A DNA stretch of 64,000 nt from Macrostomum lignano (Eukaryota). Below are positions 22,832-33,574 of this stretch, in pieces. How positions within the stretch are numbered: position 1 is the first letter of the stretch; each line of letters starts with the position of its first letter. Location of the stretch: the NCBI GenBank assembly GCA_002269645.1, contig NIVC01003424.1, positions 1 to 64,000 of the forward strand, read 5' to 3'. Made by a program: the position numbers and the translations under genes. The notes below the pieces were generated by a model that saw nothing but the letters and a program-made list of their open reading frames with translations, ran no database searches and was not told where the DNA came from.

Positions 22832-24142
22832 ATGGGGCAACGACAGTCACAACAAGGCCAGGGTGGCGAAAAGGACAAGGAGAAGAAGCGGAAATATGAG
22901 CCTCCCGTACCAACCAGAATCGGCAAGAAGAAGAAATCGCGCGGCCCGGATTCTGCCGATCGCCTTCCGACTGTAACGCCGCACACGCGCTGCAAGCTGC
23001 GACTGCTTAAGCTCGAGCGCATCAAGGACTATTTACTGATGGAGGAAGAGTTCATTAAGAACCAGGAACGCCTCAAAACCGATGAAGAAAAAAATGAAGA
23101 AGAACGGTCTAAAATCGATGATCTTCGGGGATCACCAATGTCGGTTGGATCACTTGAAGAAATCATTGACGATAATCACGCCATTGTAAGCACATCTGTC
23201 GGTTCGGAGCACTACGTGAGTGTCCTAAGCTTTGTCGACAAAGACCTGCTGGAGCCGGGCTGCTCCGTATTGCTCAACCACAAAATGCACTCCGTTGTTG
23301 GTGTTTTAGCCGATGATGCTGACCCTATGGTGTCAATGATGAAATTGGACAAGGCGCCTAAAGAGACCTACGCGGATATAGGGGGTCTGGACACCCAGAT
23401 TCAGGAGATCAAAGAGTCTGTCGAGCTTCCACTGACCCATCCAGAGCTTTATGAGGAAATGGGCATAAAGCCACCCAAAGGTGTGATTTTGTATGGGGCT
23501 CCCGGCACTGGGAAGACACTGCTAGCCAAAGCAGTGGCGTCAGCAACTTCTGCTACATTCCTGCGTGTTGTCGGGTCTGAACTCATCCAAAAATACCTTG
23601 GCGATGGGCCTAAGCTCGTTCGTGAAATATTTCGCGTCGCTGAAGAGCATGCGCCATCCATCGTGTTCATTGACGAAATTGATGCTGTCGGTACCAAGCG
23701 TTATGAGTCGAACTCTGGTGGCGAGCGTGAGATCCAGCGCACCATGCTAGAGTTACTGAATCAGCTTGATGGCTTCGACTCACGTGGCGATGTCAAGGTG
23801 ATTATGGCTACCAACCGCATTGATAGCCTGGATCCTGCTCTAATCCGACCTGGCCGCATCGATCGTAAAATCGAATTTCCTCTGCCTGATGAAAAGACAA
23901 AGCGTCGCATTGTGAACATACACACGTCTAAGATGACTCTGGCTGATGATGTGAACCTGGAAGAGTACATTATGTCGAAGGAAGAGCTCTCTGGTGCAGA
24001 TATTAAGGCCATCTGTACAGAGGCCGGTCTGCTGGCTTTGCGTGAGCGTCGTATGAAAGTTACTAATGAGGACTTTAAGAAGGCTAAAGATAATGTGCTC
24101 TACAGGAAAAACGAGGGCACGCCGGAGGGTCTATATATCTGA
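22832..24142 (+). CDS. PSMC1: 26S proteasome regulatory subunit 4 (Rpt2), AAA ATPase, 436 aa, no introns in the CDS
   Basis: MGQ...[16 protein letters not shown]-type N-terminus, Walker A GAPGTGKT, Walker [35 protein letters not shown] and C-terminal PEGLYI. True ATG taken at 22832; the 28 upstream codons in the ORF track are non-homologous. Confidence 0.97.
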   Translation: MGQRQSQQGQGGEKDKEKKRKYEPPVPTRIGKKKKSRGPDSADRLPTVTPHTRCKLRLLKLERIKDYLLMEEEFIKNQERLKTDEEKNEEERSKIDDLRGSPMSVGSLEEIIDDNHAIVSTSVGSEHYVSVLSFVDKDLLEPGCSVLLNHKMHSVVGVLADDADPMVSMMKLDKAPKETYADIGGLDTQIQEIKESVELPLTHPELYEEMGIKPPKGVILYGAPGTGKTLLAKAVASATSATFLRVVGSELIQKYLGDGPKLVREIFRVAEEHAPSIVFIDEIDAVGTKRYESNSGGEREIQRTMLELLNQLDGFDSRGDVKVIMATNRIDSLDPALIRPGRIDRKIEFPLPDEKTKRRIVNIHTSKMTLADDVNLEEYIMSKEELSGADIKAICTEAGLLALRERRMKVTNEDFKKAKDNVLYRKNEGTPEGLYI

Positions 24143-25984
24143 CGTCATAAATTCCTGCGTAACTGCTTTATTATTGCAACCCATGCAGGCTCTTAATTTT
24201 GTTCAAAAAATGCACCTACCTTTTTGAACTCCGGTAACGTCGGTCTTTTGTCATGTAACTTAAAATTTGGTAATTGCACTCCCCTTTTCTTTAACCTGGC
24301 TAATTATTAGGGCTCTGTTATACGCAATGAAAGGCATGTCATTGTTGTTACTGTAAATGATAGATAATCATCGCAGCAGTGTGGTATTAAAAAGCCTTAA
24401 ACCTGTAGTAGCGTCCTAATCCAGTCTTATCTATTTGATATGAGTTAATAAGAGTCCTGTTTCTGATCGCTGTAAATGCGTTAGCAGCAGAGGCAATGAT
24501 ATACATTTAGCCATCAGAGTTCTAATAATGACCGCCAAAATAATTTAGACAACTGAAAAATTACAACCTTTAGGAATGTACACTATTGACTCTACAGTCT
24601 ACTCCGCTATCTACAATAGCATAATTTACAGTCAACAGGCTCTTATTTGCAATTGTTTTTTTTTATTCTTAGTTACAGCAACCGTTTTGAACTTACCCAA
24701 AATACTTGTAAAACATTCTTAGCAATATGCTGCTATTTCAAAAATTCAGTTTATTCATAAACTGCCAGAAGCTTCACTAAGTATATTTGTATTGGTCTTT
24801 AGAAATTTGTGCTATTATTTAACAGCCCTCAGCTTCTAAGTTGACATCTACTATAGTCCGTGTTAAACTAAATAATATTAAAAATAATATTCAGCTTATT
24901 CTCTTCAGATACTTGAGCAAATTGCTCAAGCTGAACTTTCTCAACTAATTAGCGACCTAAAATAAACTGAAGTTTCTTTACGATCCTCGCACTGTTTGCT
25001 AAGCATCGTGTTTTTTTATTTCCTTGTTTGCAACAAACGTATCGACAGTTTCTACGAGTAAGGAGAAGAAAATAAACTAGACTATTGATTTGCATCGTAG
25101 GTAGCTAGCTATTCTAGCATCGAATAGAGTTGAAATTGAAATTTTGTTTGATATAGCATTTCGCGTTCTAGCAAAGAATTTTTGTGTCATGGCCGGGGCT
25201 GTGGATCCCTCTGCAGCCTGACCAGGGTCTGCTAATCCCTTGACTACGTCACACCCCGTTTGTTCCCCTCACTGACTCACTGGAGTCCCCCTCTGAACAC
25301 CCCCAAGTTATTCCACAACACGCCTGGCTAAGTTGGCACACAAATATATGATAAACCTGGCCCTCTCGTGTTCTGGACGTCATTATCTATCTGCCACTCA
25401 GGAGCCACTTTCCAGTGCAAATATTGCTAATCGTTATTTTTGCTATCACTTGCCTTTTTCTTGAAAACAGAATAATTTTAATTCTTTTCTATCATTGCTC
25501 ACTGCTACAAATAACTGTTTCGCAATATTGTGGCCAAGTCAAGGCTCATATATTATGCCAGCTACATTTTAGTATATACCGATAGGATCTCAATCACGTA
25601 TTACGTAGTTGAGAAGAACAAGAACCAATTCTAAAAGTTGAACTCATTAAAAAGACAATCAGGGGAGTTCTGTATGTCATTATCGAGGCGGGGTGATTAG
25701 GGGACGAGGATATGTGCTGAGAGGGGTTTCTTCCATCGTGCTTTTCGAGAGCTGTTTCATCGCACAGGCTCCCGGAGGAGGCACAAAATCACTAGTTGTA
25801 GGCTAAATGTGGTGACTTGAAACAAAGTCCGATTTGACCGATAGTTGCAGACCTTGATCGAGTAGGTTCTTTGGATACTTATTAAAGCTCCTGTTACTCG
25901 TACATTGGTGTTGAAAATGAGATGGGCTAACTAAAGAAACGACAATTTATTCATGCTTTAAGATATCCGTGATCATCTGTGACA

Positions 25985-28900
25985 ATGGCGGAGTCGACTT
26001 CAGCTCAAGCGGAAGTGGAACCTGCATCTCACGGTCCCGTTTGCTTGCTAATATTAGGCATGGCTGGGAGTGGAAAGACTACATTTGTACAGCGCCTGAA
26101 TGCCCATTTATCACAAAAGTCTTCTACCTACCTTATAAATATTGACCCAGCTGTCCTACACGTGCCGTATCAGGTAGGTTCACTGAGTTCGTTGTGCTTA
26201 ATACATCCAGTGCAGAGTTGGCCTTTTAATTCTACTTCAGAAATAGTATGAAGAGATCCCAACTTGTCAGATTCCAATTTTGCAACAAGGAAACCACTGG
26301 TTCAAAAAATGTAGATATCAGTCCCAACATTGGCTTCTACTGTCTGTATAGATGCTAAAGCTCTTGTGCATACGCCGATAGTGTAGCAGTAGGAGTTGTA
26401 TGCAGTCTGCCGCAATAATTTCCGTGGAAAGGCCATGGGCCTAGTGTGTGAACATAGCGCCTATGTAAATGCATTGGTGCACTCTTTACACTCTATTACC
26501 ATATCTATAGATCTACGCTCGTATCTATGCGTGTGCATATGTGGAAAATTGCCTGGTGATTTGGATATAAGGACTGAAAATTTCCTACTGTCTGATTAAC
26601 CCCATTAAATTAAAGACTGATTTGTTTAAACTTCATCTGTTGGAATTCTGTTAGAAACAAAAATTAACAGTACGCGCTGCCCATCCTGTGTGCATGAAGT
26701 TTGCATAACCTGCAAGTTATGTCGACTCGGTTGGTTAAAATCGTATGAGCACTGCTCGTGCTGCACTGCAGCATTACCCGCTGGCTAATCTGCTACGAAT
26801 GTAAATTCCCATACAGCATTGGCGAAAAGTAGTCTTTCCCTGATCAGTGCGAACAGTGCGCGGTTGCTACGAGTACTTTGAACTTCTTAATATGCTCTCA
26901 AGTGCCGATTTCACTTCTATAGAAGACTTGCTCTTTAATGCCCTCGCCCATGCGCACTTGGACAGCACATTAATGCATCTTAGAATATACCTGTAGCCAT
27001 TATTATACTTGGAAAAAGGAATCATCTTCAGATTCAGCTCCCATTGATCATCAATGCTTTGAACTATGATTGGAACCCTCGGATAATTTCTCTTTGTCGG
27101 CTTATGCAACGTGTAGATTGTCTGATCGTTAGCCAGCTTTTCACAGCCTTTTCACTCACTCGGACAACCCTATTTGCGAACTTTCGTAATTTTTTGCAGC
27201 CAGAAAAACGGACTTCTTGAACTTTAGGTAGATAAAATAGTTGCAATATTGATAGGATCATAATTTTGTCTCTACAGGGGTTTTTAATGGTGCTGATTTC
27301 AAATTTAAGCTTCATTTTTGTAGCTTAAAGTCAACCACCGGGGCATGGGAAATGGGGGGTTTTAGGGTGTGGAGAATCTTCATGAGGAATGATTTTATCT
27401 ACCTAAACTTCAATAGAGGCATGGAGGTCTATAGAAGATTAGGTAGATAAATTTGGAGGCTGAGGGGCGGGGGTGGGGGTGAAGTGAGGGGCTAACAACT
27501 ACCAACAACAGGGCATGGGGAATGGGGGGGGTTTGGGGAGAATCGTCATGAGGATAGATTTTATGTACCTAAACTTCAATAAAGGCATGGGGGTCTATTG
27601 AAGATTAGGTAGATAAATTTGGAGGCTGAGGGGCGGGGGTGGGGGTGAAGGGAGGGGCTAACAACTACCAACAACAGGGCATGGGGAATGGGGGGGTTTG
27701 GGGAGAATCGTCATGAGGATAGATTTTATGTACCTAAACTTCAATAGAGGCATGGGGGTCTATTGAAGATTAGGTAGATTAATTCCGAACCCGAGGGGGG
27801 AACCTGAGGGGGTGGCTGACAACCAACAACCACCAAGGCATGGGGAATGAGGGGTTTTAGGGTAGGGAGAATCTTCATAGGGATTTATTTTACGTACCTA
27901 AACTTCAATAGAGGCATGGAGGTCTATTGTAGATTAGGTCGATTAATTCGGAGACTGAGGGGGTCCAGGGGGAATTGTAATGAAGCTTAAATTAAAAATT
28001 CAGCAAGTTAGGCCTATCGAACACCTTAAGATAATCCTCTGTACGGTCTTCCGGCAGGCGCTTGAGCCAGATGGTGCCGCTATTGATCACAACGAGTTTG
28101 ATAAAGCCAAGCTTGACGGTGATGTGCTGATTGGTTGCCCAATGCCGAGTGCACAAGCTAGCGTTTCAGCTGCTTCACCTTCTCCCATTGAGGTTAAACA
28201 TTGAGGTTAAAGCCAGGGATTCCTGCCCTGAGCCCGCTTTTAGAGGAGAAGAAACATCGGATTGCCATAAAGCGATGACCCTCGTACTCTTGCACTTGGA
28301 CTTTGAAGCCTTCACAGAGATCAATCAATGTCTGTTTCTTTAAATGAGATGCTTCAAAAATTTTCTTTTGTCATAAAGCCAAAGTGGAGCAGGGTGAGTG
28401 CCAATAATGAGTTTCCTCCAGTAAATATATCAGTATGCATTTTTTATCCACCGGGCCCCCATGGTGCTGTAGTCTTTACAATAAATTTATCTGGCTTACG
28501 ACAAAGTCCATGCATTTAAACAAATCACACGGCCCCACGCATTTAAACAAATCACACTTCCCCACGCATTTAAACAAATCACACTTCCCCACGCATTTAA
28601 ACAAATCACGTCCCCACGCATTTAAACAAATCACACGTCCCCTAACCAGCCCCACGATATTTCCATGGCTTTCCTGCGGTAGAGTTTTCCACGCAAAACA
28701 TAAATTTTCTATATCTTTACTCATCAGACAGTTAATGTATTCATACACTATATTTATTTTCTTACCGTTATTGAACAACAGTAATGAAACTGATTATATT
28801 TCCGCCAGTTTTAATGTCTTTAATAAACCGCCATTGCAACTACTCACCATGCATTAATTCCATGCCATGCATTAGAACAAAAGCGGCTATGTATAATATA

Positions 28901-31900
28901 TAGCCGCTGTTGTTTATAATATATACTGTAATATATATATATATATACGCTCGTAATATATCTCATTAGGCCCCACGCTATTTCCGTGGCTTTCCCCGCG
29001 GCAGAGTTCTCCCATTTAATCACATAGACGCCCGTCTGATGCGGGTCTATGGCTTTTACACGGTAATTCCTGCGGCAGAGTGCATCAATGGTATTTACAT
29101 TGGCGCCATGTTCACACACTAGGCCCATGGCTTTTCCACGGAAATTCCTGCGGCAGAGTGAACACAACTCCTACTACTACTACTACTGCCGATCTGTATC
29201 GAGCACGAACAATTTGCTTGCCCTGATACTTAGTTTTATAAACCAGCTGTGCGCAAGAAGTGCTCCACAGAATTGAAACAGCTAAGCAGGACGAGACACG
29301 TGAATTTACTAAAAATTTTGTACCCTTAAGCAGTTTCATTCATGCACGTGGTGTGGTGGCTCTCCATTTAATATAATATTTTATTGCTTTTTCGGTTAAT
29401 AATAGCTTTTATGTATCCTTATATACATAGGTAAATATCTATCCGCATAGATTAATATTGCTTCTGTTTACTTATCACAACACCTAAATTTAGCGATGTT
29501 ATGTTTTTGTGTGTCTCGGATTTTATTAAAAAAGCTCTACCGATTCTTGAATTCGTACCACAAATTTTCACGTTTGGTAAAAAACTTTTCTCGTTATAAA
29601 TCTCGTCAGCGTGGGATTAAGCTGAATAATTTTTAGAACCGACATTAACCCAGATAGTAGCCAAAACTAAGGTCATACTTTGGTCCTGATATCAGCCATA
29701 ATTTTGACAAAACCAAGGAATAATTCAAATGTTAGCGGAGCTTAAACCAAACATTAGGCCAGACAAAGAGCCGAGAATTTTTTCCAAAAGAACATACCAG
29801 ACATCAGCGCCACGCAATAATTCTTATATTGTATTTTAATACCATTGTGCTTCATTTTCATTGCTAACTGTAATGGGAGTGCTAATATGTGAAGCTTAAT
29901 TAAATGGGAAATTCCGTAGAATTAAAGGGTAAGTGCTGGGATATCAAGAATTAAAGAGTAGACGCTGATGCTGAGATGGTAAGCTTAAGGGGTAAGTGGG
30001 CCACCGAGGCTTGAAGTGGAGTGCTGAGACGACAAGGTTCAGGAGAAACGCTGATATGCCAAGAAAAAAGAGATGAAGAGAACGCAAGCGACGCAGCCAA
30101 TCAGCGATCAACAAAGCCAAATAGGAAACCAGACCAGTTTTTACCGATCTTACTGTTTTCAAAACAAATCCATATACTAAATGTCTTGATACAAAGCTAG
30201 TTATCAACCTGTTATTTTTCACTGCATCTACAGGTAGGAATTGATATACGTGACACAGTAAACTACAAGGAAGTCATGGCTCAGTACCGTCTCGGTCCTA
30301 ACGGTGCAATTCTGACCTGTCTAAACCTATTCGCTACTAAGTTTGATCAAGTAATTAATTTGATTAACTCGCGCCGATCGAGTATAGAGTTTGTAATAGT
30401 TGACACACCTGGTCAGATTGAAGCTTTTACCTGGTCAGCCTCTGGCTCAATCATTACTGAGGCACTGGCTGCACAGCTTCCTACTGTTCTCGTCTACGTG
30501 ATGGACACACCACGCAGCCACTCACCAGTTACGTTTATGTCAAATATGCTATACGCCTGCAGCATTCTATACAAGACACGCCTGCCGTTTGTCGTTGCGC
30601 TCAACAAGACAGACATTATATCTGCTGACTTTGCCATGGAGTGGATGACCAATTTCGAAGCCTTCCAGGTATTTTAGCAGCCTTTGTACTTTTTTATTAA
30701 CTGACGTTCTATTTATTTCCCGTATGTATTTCGTTCACTCGTAGTAATTTGTTTCTTTGCGCTTTTTCCTTTTTGAAGCAAGTCGTATTTTTTCAAAACT
30801 AAGTTGCTGTGGTTTTAAGTATAGCATTAAGTGATTAAGTGATTTAGTTTCGAGTTCGACTGAAGAAAGTCTGTGTACTACTCGTAGCAATATTGTAACG
30901 CCACTTTGGAAGCCGTTACAATAAAACATATCCCCTTCATTAGCATTAGCAGGGTCCCTTGAAGGAATGGTATCCGCATGATAAAACAGTAACAGGGATC
31001 ATTCGGGGAATGGCATCAGTTACTCTCAGAATGTTGAAACAGTAACAGGGTTCCTTCCGGGAATGGCATCAGTTACTCTCAGAATGTTAAACAGTAACAG
31101 GGCTCCCTCCGGGAATGGTATCAGTTACTCTCAGAATGACCAAGTAAATTACCCTCGGAATCCCCCCTCTCTGACTTTTACTTTATTCTTTTATAAATGA
31201 ATGCATTAAAATAAACATATTATTTTAGCCTCAGTTGGCGGAGGAAAATAGGATAGAGTATTGAATTATTTGGTATACTTGAATTAGAATCGATTAATTG
31301 GAATAAAAAAACAGTAAGGCAAGGGTCAAAAGTGAGTGAACTCAGCAACAGTCGAAAGTTCCACCTGTACAAATCACGCGTAGTTAGAGAGATAGAAAGA
31401 AAAATAGAGAGAGTGGAACTTTTGACTGTTGTTGGGTATATACTTATAACTAGCTGGAATTACCTTCAATTACCTGGATTCGGAAGAAAAGGAGGGGAGT
31501 TCGCGAATGAAGGAAGAGACGAGATTGAAGAGCCAATCAGAAGAAGGCAACGAGAGAGAGGTAAAGAGAATAACAAGACTGAACTAGACGGAGAGGGAAG
31601 GTAAAATTTGAACATGGACTCGTCAGAATTGAACCTCAAGGATCGGGTTACACAGCGGATTTTAGATCAAAATCTAAAAACAGCTTCGTCATAATAGTTT
31701 TCTACCCATGATACGGACAAAATTTAAAGTTCATCAAACACCCTCCTGCAGCCTGATAAACAGTTCCATCTCAGAATCAGACAGATCCCTCTAAACACAT
31801 GGAACAGATTTCCATTAATATTTAGTGACAAATAAAATTAGACAGACGTAAAACTGAGGGCTTCCACAGTTGGATTTGAGTCGGTATTACTAAATATGTT

Positions 31901-32612
31901 AGATTTTTTGCCAAAGATTGGGAAATGGCCCCAAATCAAAACGTGGGAGCATTGCCCCCCCCCCATAACCGTTTATTGGTTACCAATTACCAATATCTGT
32001 GCAATAATTTTATGAAGGCAAAATCACTACGTGAAGGTGTGACAGTCACGTTTAAAACAATTCTTATACATGTCTTTCCGAACTTATTTTGCCTACAATT
32101 CTACCGCTTCAATTCTTCAGGAAGCCCTGCACCAGGAGCGAAGCTATTTGAGTAACCTGACCCGGTCAATGAGCCTAGTTCTGGACAGCTTCTATGCTGG
32201 ACTGCATTGTGCTGGCGTTAGCGCTGCCACTGGTGATGGTATGCCGCTTTTCCTTAGCCGGGTGCGAGATGCTGTAAGCGAGTATTACACCGACTATGTG
32301 CCTATGTATGAAAAGCTGCGCACGGATGCGGCAGCCACTGCCTCAAAGTCTTCAAGTGTCTCTCAAGCCAGCAACGCTACGACTACGAGTGATTTGACAT
32401 CTGCGCGACAGAAGTCAGACATGTTTATTGGAGCTCGGCCGGCATCCTATTCTGAAGACAGCGATGACGATGGCAACAAGGCAAGCGCCTCGTCCTGTGA
32501 AGGAACCAACGAGCAGAGTGAATTAGAGTCCTTTCGGCGCTATGTCGAGCGTTTGCGGCTTGACAAAGTCAATAAAGGATGCAGTGGCGATGGTGACGGG
32601 CCATCAGACTGA
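25985..32612 (+). CDS. GPN1: GPN-loop GTPase 1 (XAB1), 3 exons, 371 aa
   Basis: Exons 25985-26173, 30234-30668 and 32121-32612, all phase 0 with GT-AG introns. Motifs [56 protein letters not shown] and GVSAATGDG. Confidence 0.95.
26867..27209 (-). pseudogene. Polinton-type retroviral-like (rve) integrase, N-terminal fragment
   Basis: FSGCKKL...KAVKSWL, then after a frameshift [26 protein letters not shown]...[29 protein letters not shown]. This fits the LHKP.RR.F.R...V..IDDQWQ.DL...YKYIL..IDVFSKYAW..PLK.K pattern of Polinton integrases. Confidence 0.85.
27210..28010. mobile_element. Unclassified repeat nested in the mini-Polinton, with four ~160-170-bp hairpin + G-tract units
   Basis: Units start at ~27341, 27511, 27677 and 27836. 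Flanked by inverted GCTGATTTCAAATTTAAGCTTCAT / ATGAAGCTTAAATTAAAAATTCAGC. Homologous pieces occur at ~10571-10600 and ~51060-51340. Confidence 0.7.
28158..28340 (-). pseudogene. PC4/Sub1-like ssDNA-binding domain remnant inside the mini-Polinton
   Basis: [59 protein letters not shown] aligns by eye to the PC4 core (...VSVRDFKGKVLIDIREYW....KPGRKGISLNPEQWSQLK). One internal stop. Confidence 0.65.
28510..28635. repeat. ~27-bp subterminal tandem repeat of the mini-Polinton
   Basis: GCATTTAAACAAATCACAC... about 5 copies. An inverted single copy (TGATTTGTTTAAAC) sits near the left end at ~26617. Confidence 0.85.
30894..31693 (-). mobile_element. Probable solo LTR (~800 bp) in GPN1 intron 2, with an internal ~52-bp tandem repeat (30985-31140)
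   Basis: Ends TGTAACG...CGTCATA (CA mutated to TA), flanks ATAT/ATAG (3 of 4 match). On the minus strand, CCAAT-, TATA- and AATAAA-like motifs occur in LTR order. Confidence 0.45.
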
Positions 32613-33036
32613 GGCTTTCTGCATAAAACAAGCCGTATTTCGCAAAAAATTATATGCAAGTTGCCTAATAGTTATTCATGCTACAATTTGATTCAATTGT
32701 ATTCCTAACGTCATTTCATTTAGTAATTTCAATTTTAATGTCCTCCATAAAAATGTTTAGTAACACGGGCATTTATTTTATGGATCTAATAACAATTCTC
32801 AATCTAGCAACTGTTATTACATGCTAAATTTGATAATCTTTCACGACTAGGAAGATTCGCATTCGTACTACTTGTATACGAGCATATTCAGCGGAAATTG
32901 TATACATATGTTCTTTCTTAAGATAATGACCCAATTAGAAAATAAAAAGAACAATAAGATCGAAATAAACGCTGCTTTAATTATTTATACTTAAAGTATA
33001 CTTAAAGTAGGCACCGACAAACCCCAAGCTTCATAT

Positions 33037-33303
33037 CAAGGACTACTAAAGTAGGACGCAACACTCAAAATCTACTAATACACTACAAAATACACTACGG
33101 AGATAGGAAGTTATCTATTTTTCAGCACAGAAATTTTTATTGCTTTCGATAGGAGGCAGACCCAATGTTCATCTTTTGATGTTGTGCCTTTCTTATAGCT
33201 CGTTTGATATTCATAAAGCTTCTCGTTCAGAAAATTATGATGTTACTTTTTCCATAAAACGTGAGTGTCGCGTCCTGCATATTCGTTGCTTTAGTTGTCC
33301 TTG
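33037..33303. mobile_element. MITE-like element with imperfect TIRs (copy A)
   Basis: CAAGGACTACTAAAG..AGGACGCAACACTCA / TGAGTGTCGCGTCCT...CTTTAGTTGTCCTTG. A homolog is at 44856-45017. No TSD seen. Confidence 0.6.
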
Positions 33304-33574
33304 CTTCAAATTTCCTTACAATTATATAGTGTAGTTGTAAAGTGACGTAAAGTAAGGAACAACAATGGAATTCTACTTGGCCTAAGCAACAGAAAAAGCA
33401 ATACACTTCCATAGTACATCCATAAAGGGATTCAAATATACGCTTTAAAAAAATTCGAAATTCCATGACTTAATGGCGAAATTGACAATTGTATTTGATT
33501 GGAAGATGAAATGAAAAATAATTTCAGCAAAACCAAATGTATAATTTAGGGATTTTAAAGAGCACATTAGAAAA

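Larger units (their letters stand above)
26380..29187 (-). mobile_element. Non-autonomous mini-Polinton/Maverick (2808 bp) in GPN1 intron 1
   Basis: Termini AGT(G)TAGCAGTAGG... / ...CCTACTACTACTACTACT (AG..CT with AGT repeats). ~110-bp TIRs (26385-26485 vs ~29060-29187). Perfect 6-bp TSD GCCGAT at 26374-26379 and 29188-29193. Internal integrase and PC4-like remnants. Confidence 0.85.
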
